Program-made: the position numbers and the translations under genes
Source: an uncultured Verrucomicrobiae bacterium
GTDB lineage: Bacteria; Verrucomicrobiota; Verrucomicrobiia; Chthoniobacterales; UBA10450
Assembly (NCBI GenBank): GCA_963772365.1
Contig: CAVYXA010000001.1
Coordinates: forward strand, 448,001-512,000
Direction of reading: 5' to 3'
Length of the DNA: 64,000 nucleotides
In this document: piece after piece, positions 9,800 through 19,341 of the stretch
Position numbering within the stretch: the stretch's first letter is position 1
Layout: each line of letters opens with the position of its first letter
The notes under the pieces: generated by a model
The model's input: the letters and a program-made list of their open reading frames with translations, nothing else
Database searches by the model: none
What the model was told of the DNA's origin: nothing

Positions 9800-10801
9800 T
9801 CAGCAGGCTGGAAGCCTGTCAGCCGAGTCAGGCAGACTGCTGACTTCCAGAATGGCGCCGCCGCAGCTTGAACCGGCACCGGCGGTGCAGCCGAAACAAT
9901 GATCGCCGGTCATGATCGCGCGATTGTCGATCTTGTCCGGGTCGATGTCCCACAGAAACAGGCGTCGGCCATTTTCCCATTGCATCCCGAGCTGCTGATT
10001 GAAATCGCAATCATAAACTTCGCCGCGCCAACCGACGCTAATCGTATTTCGGCACATCAACCCATCGATTGTCGCCGGATTAAAATTATCGATCAACAAC
10101 TGCATGTATTCGTCGAGCTTGTTGTTGCGCCGCAAATACGCCGCGAATCGGGCAATCGGCAGGTTCGTGATGCTGTAGAGCTTGTTGAATACAATTCCAA
10201 AATGCGTCTTGAGCTCGCGCTTGTAATCGGCTTCGAGTTCGGCTTGTGGACCGGGTAAGAATGCGCCCACCGGGTTGTAAACGAGATGCAATGGAAGATC
10301 GACATCGATTCCGTAGCCCAGCGAATTCAGAAGCTGTAGAGCTTCGATGCTACCGTCGAACACTCCTTCGCCCCGCTGCGCGTTGACATTTTCCGCCGTG
10401 TAACAAGGCATTGAAGCGATGATCTCGACTTCGTTTCGGGCGAGAAACTCGGCCAGATCTTCGTAGTCCGGCTCCAGCAAAATCGTCAGGTTGCACCGAT
10501 CGATAATGTGCCGCTTGGGAGTGAGTCCTCGGATGCGTTCGATGAAATATCGAAAATCAGGAATCATCTCCGGCGCGCCGCCGGTAAGATCGACAGTCGG
10601 AATTTTGGTCGTGGCCAGCGAATCGATCACGCGGTCGATTGTGTCCCGCGACATAATCTCTTTGCGCTTCGGCCCGGCATTCACGTGGCAATGATTGCAG
10701 GTGAGATTGCAGAGTTTCCCCACATTGACCTGAAGAATCTCGGGTCGGCCGCGGCGCAGAGAAACCGAATGCTCTTCGAGCTTTTGGGCGAATCGGTTCA
10801 T
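9800..10801 (-). CDS. arsS: Radical SAM / Cys-rich protein, arsenosugar biosynthesis ArsS family
   Basis: 'LQVNVGKLCNLTCNHCHVNAGPKR', 'ASMPCY', 'MCRNTISVGW..YDCDFNQ', 'HCFGCTAGAGSSCGG'. Confidence 0.85.
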   Translation of the reverse strand: MNRFAQKLEEHSVSLRRGRPEILQVNVGKLCNLTCNHCHVNAGPKRKEIMSRDTIDRVIDSLATTKIPTVDLTGGAPEMIPDFRYFIERIRGLTPKRHIIDRCNLTILLEPDYEDLAEFLARNEVEIIASMPCYTAENVNAQRGEGVFDGSIEALQLLNSLGYGIDVDLPLHLVYNPVGAFLPGPQAELEADYKRELKTHFGIVFNKLYSITNLPIARFAAYLRRNNKLDEYMQLLIDNFNPATIDGLMCRNTISVGWRGEVYDCDFNQQLGMQWENGRRLFLWDIDPDKIDNRAIMTGDHCFGCTAGAGSSCGGAILEVSSLPDSADRLPAC

Positions 10802-10890
10802 GTTTGTTCCATCCGGATGCTGCGCCGAATCCGTTAATCAAGCATGGCCGATCTATTCTCGTCAGGCAACCGGCGATCGTTGGTGATTCT

Positions 10891-11346
10891 ATGAACTGGC
10901 TGCAATCTTTGTTCCTTTATCTGCGCGAGTGGGAATGGATTGGAATTCTAATAGCTCGGGTTGCGGTCGGGTTGCTGTTTTTCCTTTCCGGTCGCGGCAA
11001 GCTTTTTGTTGCCGAACGGCGTGAGCAAATGCGGCAAACACTCGTGGAGGCGCATGTTCCGGTTCCGGCTTTCAATGCGATTTTTGTTTCGACGGTCGAG
11101 TTCGTGTTCGGCTTCTGTCTCCTTATCGGATTCCTGACGCCGCTCGCCTCCGCGATGCTTTGCGGCGTGATGGTTGTCGCCATCCTCACGACCGCGATCA
11201 AAAGGATCGAAACCAGCTCGCCCCTCGCGTGGATTGCCGAATTTCTTTATCTGCCCGAGGTGCTTTATCTCGTGATTCTCTGCTGGCTCTTTCTTTCCGG
11301 TCCTGGATGGGTCAGCGTGGATCGTTGGACACTTTCCCGCGCATGA
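10891..11346 (+). CDS. DoxX family membrane protein
   Basis: 'RVAVGLLFFLSGRGKL', 'VEFVFGFCLLIGFLTPLA', 'GPGWVSVD'. Confidence 0.85.
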   Translation: MNWLQSLFLYLREWEWIGILIARVAVGLLFFLSGRGKLFVAERREQMRQTLVEAHVPVPAFNAIFVSTVEFVFGFCLLIGFLTPLASAMLCGVMVVAILTTAIKRIETSSPLAWIAEFLYLPEVLYLVILCWLFLSGPGWVSVDRWTLSRA

Positions 11347-11846
11347 ATCCGGAGCAACTCAGTCGCGAGCTCCGCCATGGCAGCGGCAATTTTCTAGAAG
11401 AACGTCGCGGAATCATCGGGGCATCTCTGGTCGCAATCGGTTGCATGGGTTTGATCGTGCTTTATCAAATGGGCATCATCAAACATCTGCCTGAACCGGA
11501 CCTGCCTGGATTTGATGCTGAGAAGGTGGATGGTTCCGGGCAGGCCTACAGCTATTTCGAAACGCCCGACGCGGCGATCGGCATTGGCAATTATGCCGTT
11601 ACCCTCGGACTCGCAGCCATGGGCGGAAGGAACCGAGCGAAGACGCAGCCATGGACTCCGTTGGCACTGGCCGCGAAAACGACTGTCGATGCTGCCCAGG
11701 CTTCGAAGCTCACTTACGACCAATTTGCCCGACATAAAGCTGCTTGCGTGTGGTGCTTGCTCGCCGCGGTGGCGACATTCGTTAGCGCCGCGCTCGCGAT
11801 TCCCGAAGCCAAGACCGCATTACGCGAATTACAGAGACACATTTAG
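11343..11846 (+). CDS. Vitamin K epoxide reductase (VKOR) family protein
   Basis: 'YQMGIIKHLPEP..FDAEKVDGS..AY..PDA..G', C-terminal 'CVWC'; ATG overlaps the upstream stop. Confidence 0.75.
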   Translation: MNPEQLSRELRHGSGNFLEERRGIIGASLVAIGCMGLIVLYQMGIIKHLPEPDLPGFDAEKVDGSGQAYSYFETPDAAIGIGNYAVTLGLAAMGGRNRAKTQPWTPLALAAKTTVDAAQASKLTYDQFARHKAACVWCLLAAVATFVSAALAIPEAKTALRELQRHI

Positions 11847-11872
11847 GTTTAGGGAAAGCCGGGTAGGAGGTC

Positions 11873-12202
11873 GTGAACGAACTAAGAGGAAAGGGCGGTG
11901 TAGAATTAAACAGAATGTCGGGCCCGCAGGGACAAGTGTTCCGGATTGCCATCGGCTGTGCTGCTGTGACCGGTGCCGCGCTGCTGCCCAAGCTGGGCGG
12001 ATGGCGTTGGGTGCTGGGCGCATGGGGCATGGCGAACATTCTCACAGCGGCAACGCGCTACTGCCCGAGCAATCAGTTGACGGGCATCGACAATACCCGA
12101 GGCAATAAATTCGTCCACTTGGATGAATCGTTGCACGACATCCGCGGTCGCGTCGGGCACCGGCTCAACGAATTTCAGCAGCGGATCGGCACCACGAAGT
12201 GA
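11873..12202 (+). CDS. DUF2892/YgaP-like small membrane protein
   Basis: Two short TM segments then 'TAATRYCPSNQLTGIDNT'. Confidence 0.6.
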   Translation: MNELRGKGGVELNRMSGPQGQVFRIAIGCAAVTGAALLPKLGGWRWVLGAWGMANILTAATRYCPSNQLTGIDNTRGNKFVHLDESLHDIRGRVGHRLNEFQQRIGTTK

Positions 12203-12255
12203 CGTCCGATTAGCGGTGGCCTTGCCGAGGAGTTGGGATCCCGGATCGCCGGCGT

Positions 12256-12640
12256 TTATTTCGGGCTCAGTTTGCCCAGTGCAAACGCTCCCAACGCCAG
12301 GCCGAGATCGCGCAAAGCTATGTCATAGTAGCCGGGAATGGTGAGTAGATTAATGATAATCAGCAACAGCCAGATCGCGACGATGTAGGCAAAAATCCGT
12401 GGCTTAACAAAGACACCGATGCCGGCGACAATCTCCACAATGCCGACGAACATCATAAACTGGTGGCCGTGACCGGCGAGCACATTGTTCGCGACCGGGG
12501 AGAGGTATTGGTCCCAATCCACTAGAATGATGAAAAAACTTATCGAGGCCGGCAAGAATCGGCGCCACGGTAAATCCGAAGCGCAGAATCTGAAATGCCT
12601 GATTTCCTGCAGGGGCTGAATTTTCAATTGAGTTTGTCAT
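12256..12640 (-). CDS. DoxX-like membrane protein, frameshifted near 12530
   Basis: 'AFQILRFGFTVAPILAGLDKFF' joins 'LVDWDQYLSP..FMMFVGIVEIVAG..YYDIALRDLGLALGA' across frames. Confidence 0.7.
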
Positions 12641-12719
12641 ATAAATAAGAGTTTGTTTGGTTGGCTGTCATATCCACACAAATATCGTTCCCGGAATGGG
12701 TAATGGTTTGGCCTGGAAT

Positions 12720-13585
12720 TGCTAACGAGACGACCGTCCCTATTCGGCAAGCTCTTTCGCCGGCTCGCGGAGTTCGTTCCGGTCGCTCGCCATTTGGCAG
12801 TTGCCAGTAACTAGGTTGTTCGCGAAATGGCAGCAGCCAGAGCTGGCCGAACGTGAGATCGTTCTCCTCGCGATACGCCGGGACACCGATCGTGATCGCA
12901 TCCTGGGGAATATCACGCCGCAAAGTGCGATGGAGTTTGTCCCACCAGCAAAAGATCGTGCCCCAATTGGAGTTCGTCTCGCGTTCGACGATCGAATGGT
13001 GAATCCCATGCATCCGCGACGTAACTATGACGTGATTGAGAATCCGCTCAAACCAGATCGGCAACCGCCAGTTGGAATGGTGAAACACAACGGCCGCCTC
13101 AAACACGATAAAGAAGACGACAACCGCCATTGGCCCGACGCCGAAAAGAAACACAGTGAGCGAAAAAAATGCGACGGAGAAAAGCATCTCGCCGGAGTGA
13201 AATCGCGACGCGGTGCTCACGTCCATGTCCAGATCAGTATGATGCACGTTATGGAATCGCCAGAAAAACGGAACCATGTGATTGGCCCAATGCCACCACC
13301 AATAGGCATAATCAAGCGAACAAATCCGGCCACGACTCGTAACAAGCCTGGAACGGAATCCAATTGAGCGAAGCCAAATTGCCTCGTGTCTGCGCCCAGA
13401 ATAGCGATCGCAAGCGGACCTGGCAGCAGTGCCCACCGGAAAATCGCCTGCGCTGGAATGAAAAGATCAAATTCCGAATCATTCGGCGGATCAATTGAAG
13501 TGCTGTCGCCGTAACGGAAAACGCCATTGCAACAAAGGAAGCGCGCTAAAAAGACAAAAAACGAGAGGGACACCGACATAATCAA
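12720..13585 (-). CDS. Sterol desaturase / fatty acid hydroxylase family protein, multiply frameshifted (ends approximate)
   Basis: His boxes 'YWWWHWANH', 'FWRFHNVHHTD', 'FHHSN', 'MHGIHHS', 'NWGTIFCWWD'. Confidence 0.8.
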
Positions 13586-13665
13586 AGAGCGAATTTATTT
13601 CCACAATCTGTTATAGACAAGTCGATGCTATCACCGGCAATCGAAGTCAGCAACGCGCGATTGGC

Positions 13666-14366
13666 ATGCATTCGCTCCACGGTTTCGATCGTTGTGCCCG
13701 TCTGGAATGAAGTGACCTGATTCGTCCGTTCCTGGTTCATACGCGAAAATATGCGCCGGAGCAGAGATCATTATTGCCGATGGCGGAAGCACCGATGGCA
13801 CTGTCGATCTTGCAAAGGGTTTGTGCGATCAAGTGGTGACCTCATCTCGAGGACGCGCGTCCCAGATGAATGCGGGCGCGGGCGCAGCTAGCGGCGACGT
13901 TCTCTGGTTTCTTCATGTCGATGTAAAAGTTCCGCCGGATTGCCTGATCGAGATCGGCGGTGCTTTATCGCATGATCACGTTGCTGGCGGATTTTTTCGA
14001 ATTCGCATGCAGGATTCGCGATTCATATATCGACTTCACGGATACATTCGCGCATTACGCCGGGCTTCTATTGCGACTCCGATATAGCGACCATGGACTT
14101 TTTCTGTCGTCGCGGCATTTTCGAAAGCATCGGCGGTTTTCCTGATGTGCCGTTGATGGAGGATGCAGATTTCTTTCGAAACCTTCGACATGGCAGGCCG
14201 GATGCGAGTGGTTCCGCGCCGGATCGAGGTCGATCCACGACGGTATGAATTGATTGGCCCCGCCCGGCTTACGTTCGTGTATGGATTGATCAGCGCGTTG
14301 TATTTTGCGGGAGTGCCCAGAAACTGGCTCGCCTCCATTTATCGGCGCATGTGTTGTCAATCTTAG
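13666..14366 (+). CDS. GT2 glycosyltransferase, TIGR04283-like (ArsS-associated), multiply frameshifted (start approximate)
   Basis: Pieces 'SIVVPVWNE', 'IIADGGSTDGT', 'RGRASQMNAGA..GDVLWFLHVD', 'YSDHGLF', 'IGGFPDVPLMED'. Confidence 0.7.
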
Positions 14367-14411
14367 CGAACTTGCTTGCTCTTATGAAAGAGCTGCGCCC
14401 TATTTCGCGCA

Positions 14412-15172
14412 GTGATGAGCAATCTGCGGCTCGGCGTGAATATCGATCACGTAGCCACATTGCGGCAGGCGCGTTACGCGACCATGCCGGAATCGAAAAA
14501 TGCCGAGCCGGACATCATCGCCGCCGCGGCGATTTGCGAGCGCGCCGGCGCGACCGGCATCGTAGCGCATCTGCGGACCGATCGCCGGCACATGCAGGAC
14601 CGCGATATCGAGCGGCTGCGGGAAAACATCATGACGAAGTTGAACCTGGAAATGGGCAACACGCCCGAGATTGTCGATGTTGCGCTGCGCATCTTGCCCG
14701 ATGAAGTCTGCCTCGTTCCGGAAAAGCGCGAAGAAGTCACAACGGAAGGCGGCCTCGACGTGGTCGGGCAATCGCAAGGAACTCGAGACCACAATCAAAC
14801 GCCTTCAGATCTGCCGGCATTCGCGTCAGTCTGTTTATCGATCCGACTTTGGAACAAGTGGACGCTGCGGGAGAACTTGGCGTCGAAATGGTCGAGCTTC
14901 ACACCGGCAAACTGGCAAATGCTTTTGCCGAAAAGATTGCAGAACGAAGAACTCGAGAACCTGCAGGCGGCGGCAAAAGTGCGCTAAAGAGAACTAAAGC
15001 TCAGGTGAACGCCGGGCATGGAATCAACTACACGAACATTGCGCTGATTCACAAAATTCCGCATCTGACGGAGTTAAACATTGGCCATTCGATTATTTCA
15101 CGCGCGATGTTCGTTGGACTGGAAAATGCCGTTCGGGACATGCTCGCCGCCATGAAGGATTACAGCAGGATG
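14412..15172 (+). CDS. pdxJ: Pyridoxine 5'-phosphate synthase, frameshifted
   Basis: '[15 protein letters not shown]', '[18 protein letters not shown]', 'VELHTG', 'VNAGHGINY', '[12 protein letters not shown]'. Confidence 0.93.
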
Positions 15173-15320
15173 AAACAATGCGATGGCCGCATCGCACTCA
15201 AGATTGTCGCGCGAAAGACCGATCAAGCGTTTGCCTGTTTCGCGAAGCTTTAGGAGGCGAGCGCCTTGGCGCCGCTTTTCAACCGGTCGCGTCGTCACAA
15301 TGTCGAGGCATCGGCCGACT

Positions 15321-15707
15321 ATGAGCGTCATTGGGATTGGCATCGATCTGGTCGAATGCGCGCGGATCGAGCATTCGATCGAACGCTTCGGCGAAAAATT
15401 TCTGCATCGAGTTTTCACCGAAGGCGAAATTGCTTATTCGATGTCGATGAAATTTCCGGCCCGACATCTGGCCGCGCGTTTCGCAGCTAAGGAAGCGGTC
15501 TCGAAAGCGTTCGGCACCGGCATTGGAAAATCGATGGGCTGGCGAGACATCGACGTGCGCAAAAAACCAAGCGGCGAACCGTTTCTGGTTTTCGGCGGCG
15601 GAGCGGATGCATTGGCGAAAGAGCGTAAGGTCACATGCGCATCCATCACACTCAGTCACACCGATCATCACGCCATGGCGATGATTGTGCTCGAAACGCA
15701 GGGATGA
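15321..15707 (+). CDS. acpS: Holo-[acyl-carrier-protein] synthase
   Basis: 'IGIGIDLVECARI', 'LAARFAAKEAVSKAFGTGIG', 'ITLSHT'. Confidence 0.95.
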   Translation: MSVIGIGIDLVECARIEHSIERFGEKFLHRVFTEGEIAYSMSMKFPARHLAARFAAKEAVSKAFGTGIGKSMGWRDIDVRKKPSGEPFLVFGGGADALAKERKVTCASITLSHTDHHAMAMIVLETQG

Positions 15708-15712
15708 AGTTT

Positions 15713-15736
15713 GCCCCGAAAGCTTTCGGGGCTACA
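15713..15736 (-). repeat. GTAG-type REP-like palindrome between acpS and metG
   Basis: Minus strand TGTAGCCCCGAAAGCTTTCGGGGC, perfect palindrome after TGTA. Confidence 0.55.
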
Positions 15737-15747
15737 GATAGTCGCGA

Positions 15748-17391
15748 ATGGCGAAAACTTTCTACATCACCACGGCGATTGATTACACCAATTCGCCGCC
15801 GCACATCGGGCACGCCTACGAAAAAGTGCTGGCCGATGTGATCGCCCGGTATCATCGGCTGAAGGGTGAGAAGAAGACATTTTTTTTGACCGGTGTCGAT
15901 CAACATGGCCAAAAAGTCCAGCAATCGGCCGAGAAAGCGGGCGTTTCGCCGAAAGAGTTCGTCGATGAGATCACGGCGAAATTCGCGGCGCTTTGGGAAA
16001 AGCTCGAGGTGAAATATGACGGCTGGGCCGCGACGACCGATCCAGTTCATCAGAAAGTCGTGCAGGGAATATTGCAGCGGCTTTGGCAGGACGTCGATCC
16101 TACGATAGGAAAAAGCCGATCGATCTACAAGGCGAAACAGGCCGGCTACTACTCGATTCGACAGGAACAATTTCTCACCGACAAAGAGCGGGGCCCGGAC
16201 GGCGAATTCGGATCGGAGTGGGGCCAGGTCGAATTTCGCGAGGAAGAAAATTATTACTTCAGACTGAGCCAGCACAAAGAATGGCTGTTGCGGTACCTCG
16301 ACAATCGCAAGGACGCGGTCATTCCCGATTTTCGGCAGACGGAGTTACGCAATGCGGTCGAGAAAATCAGCGGGGACTTGTGCATTTCGCGTCCGAAATC
16401 GCGCCTCGATTGGGGGATCGAGCTGCCGTTCGACAAGGATTACGTCACCTACGTCTGGTTCGACGCGCTGACCAGTTACATCAGCTTCATCGGCTACGAT
16501 CCTGGGGAAGCTGTCAGCTTCCCCTACAGTAAACAGCCGGCCGAGTTTCTGGAGAAATGGCCTGCGCTCCACGTCATCGGGAAAGACATCCTCGTTCCCG
16601 CACACGGCATTTACTGGTTGATCATGCTGCACGCGCTTGGTTTCCCTGACGAAGCCATGCCGCAATTGCTGGTCCACGGCTGGTGGAACCTGGGCGGCGC
16701 CAAGATGAGCAAAAGCGCCGGCAACATTGTCGATCCTTTCGCGCTAATCGAGAAATACGGCGCGCAAGCGGTTCGCTATTATTTAATGAGCGATATCGCT
16801 ACGGGAAAAGACGCCGATTTTTCGGAGGAACGATTGGTGGAACGATACAACGCTGACTTGGCTAATACATTGGGTAACTTATTGAATCGGACACTGAACA
16901 TGGTGTTGCGATACTGGCATGGCTCGGTCAGGAACGTTCTTGGCAACCATCACGCTATTGCATTTATGGATTCGGGCGATTCGTCGCGCGCTTTCTTGAC
17001 AGACTTACTTACCGGTTGCCGAATCGCTCTTGGTCATTACGGCCGCGACGCCATGGACTTATGTGCTGTTAGCGATGGACTAATCGCCGCGCTAGGTATC
17101 GCTCACGAAGGCAACTTTCTTATCGAAAACTGGGCGTTATGGAAGCTTGCCAAGGAGCCTACCGAAAAAAGAAAGCTTGATGCGGCTCTCTACACTCTTC
17201 TCGAATCGCTACGTATCATCGCGATTTTGATTTCGCCGGTCTTGCCGAACGCAGCGCATGCAATTTTCGATCAGCTTGACCCACAGAAAAAGTTAAGCCG
17301 TGATTTTCACCTTGAGAATGCGGAGTGGGGCGGTTTGCCGGATGGGCATGTCGTCGGGAAGCCGGTACCGTTGTTCCCGCGGATCGAATAG
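15748..17391 (+). CDS. metG: Methionine--tRNA ligase (short form, Cys-free knuckle)
   Basis: 'FYITTAIDYTNSPPHIGHAYE' (HIGH), 'YVWFDAL', 'HVIGKDI', 'KMSKS', 'LANTLGNLLNR'. Confidence 0.96.
   Translation: MAKTFYITTAIDYTNSPPHIGHAYEKVLADVIARYHRLKGEKKTFFLTGVDQHGQKVQQSAEKAGVSPKEFVDEITAKFAALWEKLEVKYDGWAATTDPVHQKVVQGILQRLWQDVDPTIGKSRSIYKAKQAGYYSIRQEQFLTDKERGPDGEFGSEWGQVEFREEENYYFRLSQHKEWLLRYLDNRKDAVIPDFRQTELRNAVEKISGDLCISRPKSRLDWGIELPFDKDYVTYVWFDALTSYISFIGYDPGEAVSFPYSKQPAEFLEKWPALHVIGKDILVPAHGIYWLIMLHALGFPDEAMPQLLVHGWWNLGGAKMSKSAGNIVDPFALIEKYGAQAVRYYLMSDIATGKDADFSEERLVERYNADLANTLGNLLNRTLNMVLRYWHGSVRNVLGNHHAIAFMDSGDSSRAFLTDLLTGCRIALGHYGRDAMDLCAVSDGLIAALGIAHEGNFLIENWALWKLAKEPTEKRKLDAALYTLLESLRIIAILISPVLPNAAHAIFDQLDPQKKLSRDFHLENAEWGGLPDGHVVGKPVPLFPRIE
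16504..16528 (-). repeat. REP-like palindrome inside metG
   Basis: Plus strand GGGGAAGCTGTCAGCTTCCCCTACA; near-identical copies at 31481-31505 and 31663-31687. Confidence 0.7.
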
Positions 17392-17449
17392 GTGGAACGG
17401 GATCTCCGAGCGCGTTGGTAAATTCGGGCGGCGAAGCCGCAATTGCGCG

Positions 17450-17650
17450 CTAACCATTTAATTCGTTTCCGAGCTCGCGCTTCAAATTCTGGCGCATCGA
17501 TTTCTTAATCGCGCGCCGTTCGTCGGCGATGGCTTGTTTTTCCGCGCGACGTTCGTTTCTGGTACGCTGATCTATCGCGCGCGGGAGATGTGAAATCCTC
17601 GGCCGTCTCTCGCCGATCTTTCGCTCCTTTGGCTTGGCGTAAGGATCCAC
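17450..17650 (-). CDS. Small basic hypothetical protein
   Basis: 66-aa Arg/Lys-rich ORF filling an intergenic gap; no family recognised. Confidence 0.5.
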   Translation of the reverse strand: MDPYAKPKERKIGERRPRISHLPRAIDQRTRNERRAEKQAIADERRAIKKSMRQNLKRELGNELNG

Positions 17651-17680
17651 GGCTGATTTTACACTGATATCGAGCCACTC

Positions 17681-17795
17681 AAAAGCGGTGCGAGTACGTC
17701 CCGCACTCCCAAAGGACTGCGTCCGAAATGTCTATGACGCGCTCTTTCATTGTGCGACAGCTTTCGGAGTGCGATGCGCCCCCGCGTCGCTTTTT
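17681..17795. repeat. Inverted pair of GGAGTGCG..CGCTTT REP-like repeats
   Basis: AAAAGCGGTGCGAGTACGTCCCGCACTCC and CTTTCGGAGTGCGATGCGCCCCCGCGTCGCTTTT; related copies at 48331-48365 and 48446-48480. Confidence 0.6.
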
Positions 17796-17819
17796 TGTTA
17801 TCATGGGGCAGAATGCAGT

Positions 17820-18770
17820 ATGGCTGTCGATCTTCTGACCATCCGCGCGGCGCACGAGCGGATTCGGCCATACATTCAACGAACGCCGGTGTTGAGGAGC
17901 TCACGGTTGAATGAAGCGAGCGTCGCGTCGCTGCTTTTTAAGTGTGAAAATTTTCAGAAGATTGGCGCGTTCAAAGCGCGCGGCGCGACGAATGCAGTTT
18001 TTGCGCTGGACGACGCGATCGCGAAGCGCGGTGTGGCAACTCATTCGTCGGGAAACCACGGAACCGCTTTGGCACGCGCGGCGAAGCTACGCGGGATTCC
18101 GGCGCACATCGTGATGCCGTCAAATTCGGCCAAAGTGAAAGTGCGCGCGGTCGAAGGTTTCGGCGCGCAGATCATCTTTTGCGAACCGAGTGATGCATCA
18201 CGCGAAGCAGCCTGCGCTGATGTGATCGCGAAAACCGGTGCGACGTTGATCCATTCATTCGAAAACGAAAATGTGATGGCGGGACAGGGGACAGCCGCGG
18301 TCGAACTGCTCGAGGATGTTCCCGATCTCGATCTTATCATCTGTCCTGTGGGCGGCGGTGGTTTGCTTTCGGGAACTGCCGTGGCGGCCAAATCGATGTG
18401 GCCGCAGATTAAGATAATTGCAGTCGAGCCGGCGAATGCCGACGATACCGCTCAATCTTTTCACGCGGGGAAACGCATCGTAACCGAAAAGAAATTCACA
18501 ATTGCCGACGGTCTCCGGACGAACGTGGGCGATCTAACGTTTCCAATCATTCAACGTTACGTCGATGATGTCGTTACCGTGAGCGAGAATGCGATCGTGT
18601 CAGCGATGCGAACGATCTGGGAGACAATGAAGATCGTGATCGAGCCATCGGCCGCGGTCCCGTACGCGGCTGTTCTCGAAAACAAGATCGACATCGGCGG
18701 CAAACGCGCCGCCATTATTCTCACTGGTGGCAACGTCGATCTCGACGCACTACCTTGGAGCAAATCGTAG
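17820..18770 (+). CDS. PLP-dependent threonine/serine dehydratase or serine racemase-like enzyme
   Basis: 'FKCENFQKIGAFKARGA', 'THSSGNHG', 'PVGGGGL', 'TIADGLRT', 'IEPSAAVP', 'LTGGNVDL'. Confidence 0.9.
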   Translation: MAVDLLTIRAAHERIRPYIQRTPVLRSSRLNEASVASLLFKCENFQKIGAFKARGATNAVFALDDAIAKRGVATHSSGNHGTALARAAKLRGIPAHIVMPSNSAKVKVRAVEGFGAQIIFCEPSDASREAACADVIAKTGATLIHSFENENVMAGQGTAAVELLEDVPDLDLIICPVGGGGLLSGTAVAAKSMWPQIKIIAVEPANADDTAQSFHAGKRIVTEKKFTIADGLRTNVGDLTFPIIQRYVDDVVTVSENAIVSAMRTIWETMKIVIEPSAAVPYAAVLENKIDIGGKRAAIILTGGNVDLDALPWSKS

Positions 18771-18775
18771 CGCTG

Positions 18776-19237
18776 TTATTTGCACGGACCGGGGACTGGA
18801 ATAACGAACTTTCCGTCTTTCTCGGCTATGAAATTCTCGCTTGTACTGTTTGAGCTGCCGTTCGCGTCCTTCTTCTCAACGGTAATCATTAATTTCTTCG
18901 TTGGCTTCATAGTGAGGCAGACTTTGGAACCGTTCGGTGAATCCATCGGAGCATTCGCTTTTGCCGCATCTTCCGCAGTAAGATCGACAAGTTCGATCTT
19001 GGAAATCTTGCCGCCGGCTTCGGCTGATTGCATCATTTTATAAAATTCCGTGATCCCCGGATCGGCACCGGTGGTGTAGAGGAAGGATTGCAACGTAGGC
19101 GTATCCTTCGCCTCGAAGGCGGTCTTGTATTTGTCCATGAACTCCTTTTCTTTCGGAGAACTGCCCGCTTGCAGAGAAAGCGGAATCAGTGCGACGAGTG
19201 CGAAGCTTAAAAGAGTGGCTCTGAGATGTTTGTTCAT
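18776..19237 (-). CDS. Secreted hypothetical protein
   Basis: Signal peptide MNKHLRATLLSFALVALIPLSLQA then a soluble domain. Confidence 0.7.
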   Translation of the reverse strand: MNKHLRATLLSFALVALIPLSLQAGSSPKEKEFMDKYKTAFEAKDTPTLQSFLYTTGADPGITEFYKMMQSAEAGGKISKIELVDLTAEDAAKANAPMDSPNGSKVCLTMKPTKKLMITVEKKDANGSSNSTSENFIAEKDGKFVIPVPGPCK

Positions 19238-19341
19238 GCCGCCGAGGTTAAAAAGCCGTTTGAGAAAAGCAATCCAATTCAATCGAGTGAAAATAATTGA
19301 TGGCTGGCGATTTCGAGGCTTAGTGCTGAGCGGACCTCGCA

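Noticed and set aside
9850..9900. Selenocysteine in the ArsS Cys-rich tail
   Set aside because: The ORF reads through with ordinary Cys codons and no in-frame TGA in the motif.
12256..15172. Run of apparently pseudogenised genes (DoxX-like, desaturase, GT2, pdxJ)
   Set aside because: The breaks are small indels with motifs intact, they hit a housekeeping gene, and similar breaks occur across the window. Sequencing error is more likely than decay or programmed frameshifting.
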